Shown piece by piece: positions 1 through 9,170 of a DNA stretch of 32,000 nt (the first letter of the stretch is position 1; the number at the start of each line of letters is the position of its first letter). The notes beneath the pieces are model-generated. The model ran no database searches. It was not told where the DNA came from and saw only the letters and a program-made list of their open reading frames with translations. The DNA is from Nitrososphaera viennensis EN76 (lineage in GTDB: Archaea > Thermoproteota > Nitrososphaeria > Nitrososphaerales > Nitrososphaeraceae): assembly GCF_000698785.1 (NCBI RefSeq), contig NZ_CP007536.1:1980001-2012000 (forward strand). The letters are read 5' to 3'. The translations under genes and the position numbers were made by a program.

Positions 1-505
1 TCCCCTCCTTGCCGCCGTATATCATCACCTCAAACCAGTACCGGCCTTTCTTCTTGTCTCGAAATGTATGCTTCCCTTTGCACTCAACGCCTTCGCAGTA
101 CCGGCGCTTGGCGTCTATCGCAACTACCACGCACTGCTTGCCGAAAATCTCCATCAATTGCGTTATCAGCCCCGGGCTCTTTACCGCCGCGGTGTTTATC
201 GACACCTTGTCGGCCCCCGAAAGCAGGATCCCGCGTGCGTCCTCCAGCTTCTTGATGCCTCCTCCGACCGTGAACGGGATGTCGATGACGCTTGCCACCT
301 TGCGCACCACGTTTTTCATAGTGTCTCTCCCCTGCTGCGACGCCGTGATGTCGAGAAACACAAGCTCGTCTGCTCCCTGCTCGCTGTACTTTTTCGCCAG
401 CTCGACAGGGTCGCCGGCGTCCTTGACGTCTGCAAAATGCACGCCCTTGACCACGCGGCCGTTGTCCACGTCAAGGCACGGTATTATGCGCTTTGCAAGG
501 GTCAT
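1..505 (-). CDS. hisF: Imidazole glycerol phosphate synthase cyclase subunit HisF (N-terminal ~168 aa; gene runs off the left edge)
   Basis: Absent from the ORF track because it has no stop in the window. My reverse translation from ATG at 505 reads [56 protein letters not shown]..., a canonical HisF N-terminus. The start overlaps the hisA stop (ATGA at 502-505). Confidence 0.9.
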   Translation of the reverse strand, partial: MTLAKRIIPCLDVDNGRVVKGVHFADVKDAGDPVELAKKYSEQGADELVFLDITASQQGRDTMKNVVRKVASVIDIPFTVGGGIKKLEDARGILLSGADKVSINTAAVKSPGLITQLMEIFGKQCVVVAIDAKRRYCEGVECKGKHTFRDKKKGRYWFEVMIYGGKEG

Positions 506-1209
506 GCTATCGCCTTCACCCTCTCTATGGAAACCCTGCCGTCGTACATCGCCTTGCCAAGTATCACTGCGGCGCACCCGACGCTCTTTACCCTTATCGT
601 GTCCTCGAGGCTGGAGATGCCTCCGCTTGCGATTATCCTTGCCTTATCGCTGAATGCTACCGCGTTTGCAAGCGTCTCGATGTCCGGGCCCTGCAATGTC
701 CCGTCGCGCTCGATGCTTGTGAGCAAAAAGTCCTCGACGCCCATTGAGACAAACTGCGATATCGCGTCATTGACTTTGACGCCGGCAGACTCGCTCCAGC
801 CCTTTACCATGATCATTCCGCCGGCCTGGTCTATCGAAACCACGACCCTGCCGGGGTGCTTCTTGGCAAGCTTTCTCACCGCTTCGGGGTCGCTGTAGGC
901 CATCGTGCCGATGACGACTCGCGCAGCCTTTTCAAGCGCCTCTTTTGCGGCTTCGGGCGTCCTGATGCCCCCTGCGACCTGTACCGGCGTTTTCACGGCC
1001 GACACGACCTTGGCTATCGCCCCTGCGTTATTCCCGGTGCCAAAAGCCGCGTCAAGGTCTACCACATGGAGCATGTCGGCGCCGGCGGCCTCCCATTTTT
1101 TGGCCATCTCTGCCGGGTCGCTTCCGTAGACGACCTTGTTCTGGGCGTCGCCCTTGACGAGCCTCACCACCATTCCGCCCATGATGTCTATAGCCGGGAT
1201 CACCTTCAT
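502..1209 (-). CDS. hisA: ProFAR isomerase HisA
   Basis: [21 protein letters not shown]...VVDLDAAFG...GGIR is a HisA-type (beta/alpha)8 signature. It has 4-nt overlaps with hisH and hisF. Confidence 0.92.
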   Translation of the reverse strand: MKVIPAIDIMGGMVVRLVKGDAQNKVVYGSDPAEMAKKWEAAGADMLHVVDLDAAFGTGNNAGAIAKVVSAVKTPVQVAGGIRTPEAAKEALEKAARVVIGTMAYSDPEAVRKLAKKHPGRVVVSIDQAGGMIMVKGWSESAGVKVNDAISQFVSMGVEDFLLTSIERDGTLQGPDIETLANAVAFSDKARIIASGGISSLEDTIRVKSVGCAAVILGKAMYDGRVSIERVKAIA

Positions 1210-1838
1210 TTCTTGTCAGCCTTGGCTTCTTTGCACATCGAAAGAAAGTTCTTGATCATCCTGGCGCCCACGTCGCCAGATTTCTCGGGGTGGAACTGGA
1301 CGCCCACCAGGTTGCCCTTTTCCACCACCGCCGGGACCGTGGTGCCATAGTCAGACGACGCCGTGACCAGCTTTTTGTCCTTTGGCACCGTCTTGTACGA
1401 GTGGACGAAATACACCCACGAGTCGTTCTCGATGCCCCTGAGGAACCTGCTGTTTTTTGCTGTTATCTTCAAATTGTTCCAGCCCATGTGCGGCACCTTT
1501 ACCTTGCCCTTTGGGAGCATCACCACCTCGCCGTCCAAGATTTTCAATCCTTCCAGCTTGCCCTCCTCGCTCCTGTTAAAGAGCATCTCCATGCCGAGGC
1601 ATATCCCCATCACCGGCATGCCCTTCTCGATGGCAGAATCAAGGCGCTTTGCGTCTTTCTCGATCGATTGTATGGCAGGATCAAAGTTGCCGACGCCGGG
1701 GAGCACCAGGCCGTCGTACCTGTCCAGGTCTTTCATGTCGTAGATGATGTCCACCTTTTTGGCGCCGTTTCTCTCCAGCGCGGATTTCAGGCTGAACAGG
1801 TTTCCCGCGCCGTAATCAAATATAGCTATCTTTGTCAT
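1206..1838 (-). CDS. hisH: Imidazole glycerol phosphate synthase glutaminase subunit HisH
   Basis: MTKIAIFDYGAGNLFSLKSALE...GICLGMEMLF...VQFHPEKSG is a class-I glutamine amidotransferase with the Cys-His-Glu context typical of HisH. Confidence 0.92.
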   Translation of the reverse strand: MTKIAIFDYGAGNLFSLKSALERNGAKKVDIIYDMKDLDRYDGLVLPGVGNFDPAIQSIEKDAKRLDSAIEKGMPVMGICLGMEMLFNRSEEGKLEGLKILDGEVVMLPKGKVKVPHMGWNNLKITAKNSRFLRGIENDSWVYFVHSYKTVPKDKKLVTASSDYGTTVPAVVEKGNLVGVQFHPEKSGDVGARMIKNFLSMCKEAKADKK

Positions 1839-1847
1839 TATCGTCTC

Positions 1848-2450
1848 TCACATCGCGCCCTTGGTGCTTGGCACCCCTTTCCTCCTGCCGTCGATGCTTG
1901 CCGCCGCCCTGAGGGCAAGCGCAAACGCCTTGAGCGCGGCCTCGACCTTGTGGTGGTCGTTGTCGCCGTACTCCACCACCATGTGGGTGCACGCGTTGAG
2001 GCCCTGCAGGAGCGACCTGCAAAAGTGCTCAAGGTCCTCCCTCGGGATACCTTCAATGCTTGCGCGCTCCAGCTTGACGTCCATCCTGTGATATTGACGT
2101 TTAACGAGGTCGATTGCGACATAGGCAAGCGCCTCGTCCATAGGCACCATCGCGCTCCCAAACCTCACTATCCTTGCCCTGTCGCCCAGCGCCTTGTCTA
2201 TCGCCTGCGCAAGGGCGATTGCAACGTCCTCTGCAAGGTGGTGTACGATGCCGTCGTTTGACTTGCCGGCAAGCGTGATGTCCATCATCGAGTGCTTGCC
2301 TATCGAGGTTATGAGGTGGTCGATAAAGGGCAGGCCGGTCTTGACCTTGGTGTTGCCGTCGCCGTCAATGTTGACCTCTACGGTGACTGATGTCTCTTTT
2401 GTGACGCGCTCGACCCTAGCCTTCCTCGCAGCAGCAGGAGAAGGAGCCAA
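1848..2450 (-). CDS. hisB: Imidazoleglycerol-phosphate dehydratase HisB (monofunctional, no phosphatase domain)
   Basis: RVTKETSVTVEVNIDG...GLPFIDHLITSIGKHS...HHLAEDVAIALAQA...DNDHHKVEAALKAFA contains the IGPD metal-binding His motifs. Its 200 aa length means there is no fused HAD domain. Confidence 0.92.
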   Translation of the reverse strand: MAPSPAAARKARVERVTKETSVTVEVNIDGDGNTKVKTGLPFIDHLITSIGKHSMMDITLAGKSNDGIVHHLAEDVAIALAQAIDKALGDRARIVRFGSAMVPMDEALAYVAIDLVKRQYHRMDVKLERASIEGIPREDLEHFCRSLLQGLNACTHMVVEYGDNDHHKVEAALKAFALALRAAASIDGRRKGVPSTKGAM

Positions 2451-2459
2451 CTACAGGGT

Positions 2460-3410
2460 TTAGGCTGGCTTTACTTTATTTAATAGTAGCTTTGGCAGGA
2501 GGTCGACGCTTTTTGCCACCGCTTCTGCACCCCTCTCCTTGAAAAGCGCAAGCGTCTTGGCTGGCTCGGGAGAAAAGCCGTATATCCCGACAAACGCAAT
2601 GGGCAGGCCCGTTTCCTCCTGTGCCCTGCGGGCCATCAGCATGTCCTCGGCCGAGTCGCCGCAGTACAGCGCGTTTTTTGCGCCCATCACCTTCATGGCC
2701 CTCTTTGCCGCATAGGGGTTTGGCTTGGCGTACTCTCTCTTTTCATCCTCCAGAAACACGCAGGCGTCGATGTCAAAATACTGCATCACCGGCTTGAGCG
2801 AATACTCCGCGGCAAGCCTGCTCCTTCCAGAGACGATCGCAAGGTTGCCTCCAAGCTTTTCGTACAAAATCTTCATTGTCTTTTTGCTCACGGCAAGCCT
2901 GTCGTTGTCGATGAGCGGTTTTGTATCCATGCAGTATTTCGGCGCAATGCCGTTCTGCTTTTTAAAGAGCGCCGGCCCGTAAAACAGCTCGTCAAACACC
3001 CTGCCGATGTAACTATCTTTTACAGGCGCAGGGTAAGCAAGCATTTCCTTGATTTTTGCAATGTCATATCTTGAGAGGAACCTTTCAACAGACTCTATCC
3101 CGGTCTCGTCTGTGTTTTCTGCTATTTCTAGCAGGAACTTGCGCGCGCCGGCCGCCGTGGTTTTCTGCTGTTTGTTTGCAAGAAGCATGGCAAGCGCAAT
3201 CGCATAGCTGGTGTCGGTGTCGTTGTTGAACCCGCCGCTCTGCCTGAACTTTAGTATCAGCCGGTCGGTGACAAGGCCGCGCATCTTTGTCATCCCGGAC
3301 TGCGCAAGCACGAAATCGACCGTCTTTTTTATCGCCTCGTTGTACGACTTGCGTATGTCGACGAGCACGCCGTCTATGTCAAACAGCGCGCAGTCAAACG
3401 ACATATGCAT
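2460..3410 (-). CDS. HAD-superfamily hydrolase with a large cap insertion; candidate histidinol-phosphate phosphatase
   Basis: HAD motif I is FDIDGVLVD, motif II LAIVSGRS, motif III YAKPNP and motif IV CGDSAEDM. The gene sits between hisC and hisB, and its start shares one nt with the hisC stop (TGATG). Confidence 0.8.
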   Translation of the reverse strand: MHMSFDCALFDIDGVLVDIRKSYNEAIKKTVDFVLAQSGMTKMRGLVTDRLILKFRQSGGFNNDTDTSYAIALAMLLANKQQKTTAAGARKFLLEIAENTDETGIESVERFLSRYDIAKIKEMLAYPAPVKDSYIGRVFDELFYGPALFKKQNGIAPKYCMDTKPLIDNDRLAVSKKTMKILYEKLGGNLAIVSGRSRLAAEYSLKPVMQYFDIDACVFLEDEKREYAKPNPYAAKRAMKVMGAKNALYCGDSAEDMLMARRAQEETGLPIAFVGIYGFSPEPAKTLALFKERGAEAVAKSVDLLPKLLLNKVKPA

Positions 3411-4504
3411 CAGCTAGTTGCCCCTTCTTCGACGCATTTTAGGAACCTGTCGTTCATCTCCTGCGTGCCAATAGTGACGCGCATGCAGCCTGCATGCCCG
3501 GAGACGTTGCCAAGCAGCTTGACCACTATCCCTTCCTTTTCAAGCGCCCTTGCAATCGCAGAGTAACTCTTGCCTGTTTCGACAAAGAGAAAGTTTGCGT
3601 CCGACCTGAAAACCCTGATGCCCTTTATCTCTGCAAGCCTTTCAAAGACGCGCTTGCGCTCGCCCTTGACGCCCTCGATGGTCTTTTTCACGAAATCGGC
3701 CCTTTCAAGGACGCCCGTGGCTATTGTGAGCGAAAGCGTGCTGACCGGGTACGGCGACTGTATGGTAGAGCGGAACACCCCTGCCGTCTTTTCTCCTGCT
3801 ATCATGTAGCCGACGCGCGCGCCGGCAAGCCCAAACGCCTTTGACAGCGTACGGAGCACTATCACGTTGTCGCGCCTTGTGGCTTCCCTTGCAAGCGAGT
3901 AGCTGGAAAAGTCGGCGTATGCCTCGTCGACGAGCACGAGGCTGCTGTCGTCAAGCCTGTCCAGGAGCTCCACCGCGTCTTTTCTTGGCACCTGGCCGCC
4001 CGTCGGGTTGTTTGGCGAGCAGAGGTAGACAAGGTCGGATCTCCTTGCGCTCCTTGCAAACCTGTCGATGTCAAGCTCGAAATTTTTGTCGAGCGGAACC
4101 CTATCGACCCTCATTCCGTGCAGCTCGCACCTGTTGACAAAATATGAAAACGTCGGGACAAAGACGGTTGCCCTGCTCCTACTGCCTTTATTCTTCTTCT
4201 TGTTGCCCGCAACAAGCGTCGTCAGCAGGAGCTCGATTATCTGGTCAGAGCCGCTGCCGGCGCCGATGTATTTTTCATTTATCCCTGTGTATCTTGCAAG
4301 CTGCTCATAGAGGCCGTCAAGCTCGTCTATCGGGTATTCGCGAAGGTCGACGCGTTTTGCGGCTTCTGTCACCACCTGCAGGACAAACTCGCCGTCCAGC
4401 GCGAAATTCTCGTTGGAGTCCAGCTTTATCGCGCCTGTTATCTTTTCGGGCCGGACGTAGCGGTCAAGTTTCGCTATCCTCTTTAGCTCTTTTTCAACCG
4501 TCAT
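3410..4504 (-). CDS. hisC: Histidinol-phosphate aminotransferase HisC
   Basis: Class-II aminotransferase features are present: CSPNNPTG and the PLP-lysine context TLSKAFGLAGARVGY. It sits in the his operon and has a 4-nt overlap with hisD. Confidence 0.9.
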   Translation of the reverse strand: MTVEKELKRIAKLDRYVRPEKITGAIKLDSNENFALDGEFVLQVVTEAAKRVDLREYPIDELDGLYEQLARYTGINEKYIGAGSGSDQIIELLLTTLVAGNKKKNKGSRSRATVFVPTFSYFVNRCELHGMRVDRVPLDKNFELDIDRFARSARRSDLVYLCSPNNPTGGQVPRKDAVELLDRLDDSSLVLVDEAYADFSSYSLAREATRRDNVIVLRTLSKAFGLAGARVGYMIAGEKTAGVFRSTIQSPYPVSTLSLTIATGVLERADFVKKTIEGVKGERKRVFERLAEIKGIRVFRSDANFLFVETGKSYSAIARALEKEGIVVKLLGNVSGHAGCMRVTIGTQEMNDRFLKCVEEGATS

Positions 4505-5823
4505 TCTTCTTTCTCCTTTCTCCTTCTTGCCCTTACCGCCTCGTAGTGGTTTGGCAGCCCTTCCGCCGTCGCCATCTCTTTTACCGCGCTATCTACTTTT
4601 GCAAGGCCTGCCCTTGTCACCTTTACCCTGTTTACCAGCTTGACATAGTCGAGCACGGAAAGCGACGCCCTTGACTTGCCAAATCCAAGGGTGGGAAGCA
4701 CGTGGTTTGACCCGAGGCAATAGTCGCTTGCAGACGACGGCGCGTCGGGGCCGACGAGCACGAGCCCTGCAGACTCGATCCTGTTCGCAAACGCCTCTGC
4801 CTTCTTTTTGCTGGCGCTGATTACCTCTAGGTGTTCCGGCGCAAACTCGTTTGCAAACTCGGCGCACGCCCTTTCGTCCTTGCAGATGGCTACAAAGCCG
4901 TTCTGCGACAGGCTCTTTTTCACGATCTCTGACCTAGCAACACCTGATGAAATCACCGCGTCAGCCTGCTCCTGCACCTGCGCTGCCAGTTTTTCCGAGG
5001 TCGTCACGAGGCCGCACACCGTGTCGGGGCTGTGCTCCGCCTGCGATATGAGGTCCACCGCAACCAATCTGGGGTCAGCGGACGAGTCGGCGTATATCAA
5101 GAGCTCCGTCGGGCCTGCGACCATGTCAGTTGACACGGCACTTGACGCGGCCAACTTGGCCGCCGTGACGAACATGCCTCCCGGGCCGACTATCTTGCTC
5201 ACCGGCCTTATCGTCTGCGTGCCGTACGCAAGCGCGGCTATCCCCTGCGCGCCTCCCGCCTTGTAAATTTCATCGACGCCGCAAATGTCAGCAGCCACGA
5301 GCGTCAGCGGGTCTATGGAGCCGTCCTTTGCCGGAGGAGATATTGCGACTATGCGCTTTACGCCTGCCACCTTGGCCGGCACGGCGCACATCACCACCGT
5401 GCTTGGGTACCTCGCCTTTCCGCCCGGTATGTAGCAGCCCACGCTTGCCACCGGCTGCACTGTTCTTTCTATCGAAACGCCCTCTGATCTAATCTTGATG
5501 TTTTTGAGCCTCTTGAGCACTGCAAGCTCGCTCTTTTCAAGGCGCGCCTTCATCAGCTTCAGCGCTTTAACCTGCTCCCTTGACACTTTCTCATAGGCGT
5601 CCTTGACCTCCTGCCCTGTCACCTTCAATGAACCAAGCCTGACGCCGTCAAATTTTGCAGTGTAGTCAATCACCGCGGGGTCGCCGTGCGCCGAAACGTC
5701 ATCCATTATTGCGCGCGCCTGAGCCATCAGCGCGTCAGAAATCGCGTTGGCCGACTTGCGCAGCTTTGCCGCTTCTGCTGCCGGCTCGCCGGCGACGACG
5801 TTTACAACCTTCATAATAATCAT
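4501..5823 (-). CDS. hisD: Histidinol dehydrogenase HisD
   Basis: A 440-aa protein with IAISPP, GAQGIAALAYGT, GPGGMFV, SQAEHSPD and APEHLE motifs characteristic of HisD. Confidence 0.92.
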   Translation of the reverse strand: MIIMKVVNVVAGEPAAEAAKLRKSANAISDALMAQARAIMDDVSAHGDPAVIDYTAKFDGVRLGSLKVTGQEVKDAYEKVSREQVKALKLMKARLEKSELAVLKRLKNIKIRSEGVSIERTVQPVASVGCYIPGGKARYPSTVVMCAVPAKVAGVKRIVAISPPAKDGSIDPLTLVAADICGVDEIYKAGGAQGIAALAYGTQTIRPVSKIVGPGGMFVTAAKLAASSAVSTDMVAGPTELLIYADSSADPRLVAVDLISQAEHSPDTVCGLVTTSEKLAAQVQEQADAVISSGVARSEIVKKSLSQNGFVAICKDERACAEFANEFAPEHLEVISASKKKAEAFANRIESAGLVLVGPDAPSSASDYCLGSNHVLPTLGFGKSRASLSVLDYVKLVNRVKVTRAGLAKVDSAVKEMATAEGLPNHYEAVRARRRKEKEE

Positions 5824-5824
5824 G

Positions 5825-6802
5825 CTACGAATATCCGTCCAGGTTTACCTCTTCAAGCGGCAGTATCTGCCTAGGCTCGAGGACCACAAGGCCCTGCGCC
5901 AGCTTTCTCATCTTGGGGACGATCCTGATGAACTCTTCCTTGTCGATGACCGTGTTGACGCCGAACCAGCCCTCCTCCGATAGTGGGCTTATTGTCGGCC
6001 TCTTTAGCGCCGGCAGCGATTTCAGCAGCTTGTCAAGGTTTTCCTTCTTGACGTTGACAAAGATGTGCAGTTTCTTGCGCCCATCGACTACGCCCCTTAG
6101 CAGCACCACCATGTCGGCGATTTTTTCGCGCTTTTTCTCGTCCTTTAGCGCCTTTTTGTTGGCTACCAGCACCGCAGTCGACGTGGCGACAGTGTCGATT
6201 ATCTTCAGGTTGTTCTGCACGAGCGTCGTCCCGGTCTCGGTGATGTCGAAAATCGCGTCGACGTCCTCCGGCGGCTTGGCCTCCGTGGCTCCAAAGGAAA
6301 GGAATATCTCGACTTTTTTGTTGTCGCCCACGCGCAGCCACGGCGTCACTATCATCGGGTCTGCGTCGCCGTACGCCTTTTTGTACGCCTTGGTTGACTT
6401 TATGTACGCCGACGTGGTCGTCAGGTATTCGGATGAAAAGCGCAACGTTTTGTTTTTCTTGGCAAAGTCAGACACCATCTCGTCAAGGCTCCCGTACGGA
6501 AAGCTGCTAGGGACTGCTATCACCTGCTTGACCCTGCCTATCTCCAGGTCGAGGAGCACTTCAACGTCTGCCTTGGCCTCCTTTATCCAGTCCCTGCCTG
6601 TTATGCCCACGTCGTAAAATCCTTCCTGGACATAAGTGGGGATCTCTTGCGGCCTCAGGATCTTGGCCTCTATCTCTGGGTCGCTCAGCCTCACCCTGTA
6701 CGTGCGGCCCCTGCCGCTCACGCTCTGATAAGCCTGCTCTAGGAGCTTGAAAGTGACTTCCTCTATGCTACCCTTTGGGACCGCAAATTTCACAGTAGGC
6801 AT
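5825..6802 (-). CDS. hisG: ATP phosphoribosyltransferase HisG (long form); first gene of the operon
   Basis: MPTVKFAVPKGSIEEVTFKLL...LRPQEIPTYVQEGFYDVGITGRDWI matches HisG. The ORF track starts at a GTG at 6814. I prefer the ATG at 6802 because a TATATAT box (6831-6837) lies about 30 bp upstream, which would put 6814 outside the transcript. Confidence 0.88.
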   Translation of the reverse strand: MPTVKFAVPKGSIEEVTFKLLEQAYQSVSGRGRTYRVRLSDPEIEAKILRPQEIPTYVQEGFYDVGITGRDWIKEAKADVEVLLDLEIGRVKQVIAVPSSFPYGSLDEMVSDFAKKNKTLRFSSEYLTTTSAYIKSTKAYKKAYGDADPMIVTPWLRVGDNKKVEIFLSFGATEAKPPEDVDAIFDITETGTTLVQNNLKIIDTVATSTAVLVANKKALKDEKKREKIADMVVLLRGVVDGRKKLHIFVNVKKENLDKLLKSLPALKRPTISPLSEEGWFGVNTVIDKEEFIRIVPKMRKLAQGLVVLEPRQILPLEEVNLDGYS

Positions 6803-6828
6803 GTGCGAATGCACAAATCGCGCTACCG

Positions 6829-6840
6829 CCTATATATCTT
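6829..6840 (-). promoter_or_regulatory. TATA box of the his operon promoter
   Basis: The minus strand reads AAGATATATAGG, centred about 32 bp upstream of the hisG ATG at 6802. This spacing is typical of an archaeal leaderless or short-leader promoter. Confidence 0.5.
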
Positions 6841-6926
6841 GTATGGGGTCTGGCCGGGTCTCTCAAAACCTGCCGGTTATCGTGAAAAATTTATGCCGTT
6901 GTGATTTCTGCGCCGAAGAAACAAAG

Positions 6927-8183
6927 CTAGCCCTTGCGCAGGGACGCAAGCGCTTCCCTTGCCTTTTCCACATTGACCTGCCCCTCCTCTGCGATTTTCC
7001 TTGCCACCGCGTCGACTTCGGCGCCCTTTGCTCCCGCCATCACCGCGATGTTGCGCGCGTGCAGGCGCATGTGGCCCTTCTGTATGCCCTCCGACGCAAG
7101 GGCGCGCATTGCCGCAAGGTTCTGGGCAAGGCCGGCTGCAGCGATTGCCATAGCAAGCTCTTTTGCATTGTTTACGCCAAGTATCTTTAGCGCAAGTTTT
7201 GCGGTGGGATGCACGTTTGCCACGCCGCCCACGACCCCGACTGCCAGCGGAAGCTCTATCTCCCCGGCAAGGTCTCCGCCTTTTGCGCGCCACCATCTGG
7301 TCAGCGAGCGGTACGTGCCGTCCCGCGCCGCCCACGCGTGCGCGCCAGCCTCTATTGCGCGAAAGTCCTGGCCGGTAGCCAGCGCCACCGCGTCGACGCC
7401 GTTCATGACGCCCTTGTTGTGCGTGACTGCGCGATACACGTCGGAATGCGCAAGCGCGTACGCGTACAGTATGCGCTCGACCGTCTCCTTGCCTCCAAGC
7501 TCCTCTTTGTCAAACACCGCCCTGCACCTGGCCATCCTCTTTGTCGCATAGTTTGACAGGATCTTCAGCACCACGTCGCCCCCTGTTATCTCGGCGACCC
7601 TCGGCGCTATTGCCTCGCACATCGTGTTTACCGCGTTTGCGCCCATCGCGTCCTTTGTGTCTATTATCAATTCAACGACGAGCATCCGGCCCATCCTGTT
7701 CTTGCTGGAATCCCTTACTACGCGCGCCTGCAGGCCGACTGCAGAGACGGACCTGCTCTTTGCGTTTGCAATCGCCAGGAGCTCTTTTTTGCGCGCAAGC
7801 ACCTTGCGCTTTGCCGCGCCGATATTGCTGCGGAGTGAAACAACCTGCACCTGCCCTATCATGAGCGACCCGTCTGCCTCCGCGGCAAAGCCGCCTTTTG
7901 CCTTGGCAATCTTGGCGGCCTTGCTTGCCGCCGCTATCACGGACGGCTCCTCTATCGCCATCGGCACGAGTCGCTCTATTCCGTTTATCACAAAGTTGGT
8001 CGCTATCCCAAGCGGGATGGACATTGTGCCGACCGCGTTTTCAACCATCCTGTTTGCGCTTTCAAACGCAAGGGGCTGGCCAAACGACGCTGCTTCCTCG
8101 CCTGTCAGCCCTGCCGACTCTATTAGAAACGCAAGCCGCTCCTCGCGGTCCATCTCGTAGAATTTCTTCTTTTCCTTGCTCAC
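6927..8183 (-). CDS. hmgA: HMG-CoA reductase, class-II-like
   Basis: ENAVGTMSIPLGIATNFVINGIERLVPMAIEEPSVIAAASKAAK together with DAMGANAVN matches the class II pattern (P. mevalonii type ENVIG...NF.ING...VP...EEPS.VAAAS). It does not match the class I pattern. Confidence 0.88.
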   Translation of the reverse strand: MSKEKKKFYEMDREERLAFLIESAGLTGEEAASFGQPLAFESANRMVENAVGTMSIPLGIATNFVINGIERLVPMAIEEPSVIAAASKAAKIAKAKGGFAAEADGSLMIGQVQVVSLRSNIGAAKRKVLARKKELLAIANAKSRSVSAVGLQARVVRDSSKNRMGRMLVVELIIDTKDAMGANAVNTMCEAIAPRVAEITGGDVVLKILSNYATKRMARCRAVFDKEELGGKETVERILYAYALAHSDVYRAVTHNKGVMNGVDAVALATGQDFRAIEAGAHAWAARDGTYRSLTRWWRAKGGDLAGEIELPLAVGVVGGVANVHPTAKLALKILGVNNAKELAMAIAAAGLAQNLAAMRALASEGIQKGHMRLHARNIAVMAGAKGAEVDAVARKIAEEGQVNVEKAREALASLRKG

Positions 8184-8371
8184 GGCAGCTAGCCTACAGC
8201 CCTGTCACCCTTAAAATCTTGTCATATCATTGCCGCTGAATGCGTAAAATCGCGGTAAAAGTCGGCGTATGTCGAAATATTTTCCTGCTGCCGTACAGGG
8301 AGCGAAAATACGCTATAGTAGACTAGCAAGCCTGTCGATGGCAATAATCCTCTGCAAATATAATCAACGAC

Positions 8372-8623
8372 TTATCTCGCGCCTTTTCTCCTTTCCCGCG
8401 TGTCATAGATCACGGTATCTCCGACTTTGCGGTAAACCAGGACCCCTTGCAATTCCTTGCCGCAGCCGCAGGGCAGCGTCTTTACGTCATGGATATTCCG
8501 GTATCCGCAGTTGCCGCAATGAAATGAATAAAGCTCCTTCACCGGCCCGGCACTACTATTGCTGGCAAAATCATTTCCAATGTCCCTTCTGAGCTTGTTG
8601 TAGCGGTCGTCTATGCGTGACAT
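8372..8623 (-). CDS. Small zinc-ribbon protein (hypothetical)
   Basis: An 83-aa ORF carrying CGNCG...x13...CGCG, i.e. four Cys in ribbon spacing. It is divergent from the next small Zn-finger ORF. Confidence 0.5.
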   Translation of the reverse strand: MSRIDDRYNKLRRDIGNDFASNSSAGPVKELYSFHCGNCGYRNIHDVKTLPCGCGKELQGVLVYRKVGDTVIYDTRERRKGAR

Positions 8624-8765
8624 CGAGTCCTCTTTCTAGGTGCTAGTGGCGTTCTTGCCAGACATTAATGCTGCTGCCAGGTGTTTGGCATCGGTACTGA
8701 CATTCTAGGCGGCTCGTAGAACCAAGAATTTATGCGAGTGAGCACATATACTGATGATCGGCTGA

Positions 8766-9170
8766 ATGGTGAGGTACCCAGAACCGGCCTTCTGCAACAA
8801 CTGCAGGATGGGATTTGAGGAAGGTGCCATGACCGTATGTCCGCATTGCCGGTACAGCTATTGCAAGGCCTGCTATCCTGAACACCACAGGATGGAAAAA
8901 ATGGTTCCCCTATTAGCCAATCCAACGATTCCTCGAAAAACAAGCCGAGCGACAACGACGACAATAACAGATAGCGGCTTTACGGTCAATCACAACCCGG
9001 TCCAAACACCGCCGATCCCGAGACTGCGCGATACTCAGGGAACGCCGACGCCTGCGGCTGCAAACCCGTTCATTTTCAAAAGGGGGACAGGCAGGCCAGA
9101 CGAGCCGCCAGAGGCGGCAGGCGCTCCAAACAGGCCAAAGGAGACGCTAATAATGATACATGCAAAGTAG
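8766..9170 (+). CDS. Small protein with HIT/MYND-like cross-brace zinc finger and a Pro/Thr-rich disordered tail
   Basis: FCNNCRMGFEEGAMTVCPHCRYSYCKACYPEHH gives the spacing C-x2-C-x11-C-x2-C-x4-C-x2-C-x3-HH. The rest of the protein is low-complexity P/T/A-rich sequence. Confidence 0.55.
   Translation: MVRYPEPAFCNNCRMGFEEGAMTVCPHCRYSYCKACYPEHHRMEKMVPLLANPTIPRKTSRATTTTITDSGFTVNHNPVQTPPIPRLRDTQGTPTPAAANPFIFKRGTGRPDEPPEAAGAPNRPKETLIMIHAK

Noticed and set aside
1290-2261. Long antisense ORFs inside GC-rich genes (e.g. 1290-2261 +, 5913-6617 +, 6934-7551 +, 7624-8160 +, 10335-10946 +, 25975-26325 +, 27575-28198 +, 29713-30396 -)
   Set aside because: Each lies opposite a gene with an unmistakable family signature (his genes, hmgA, PQQ dehydrogenase, ArsA, amt, UDP-sugar dehydrogenase). 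Their Arg/Ala/Pro/Leu-rich products are what high-GC antisense frames produce, and no motifs are present.
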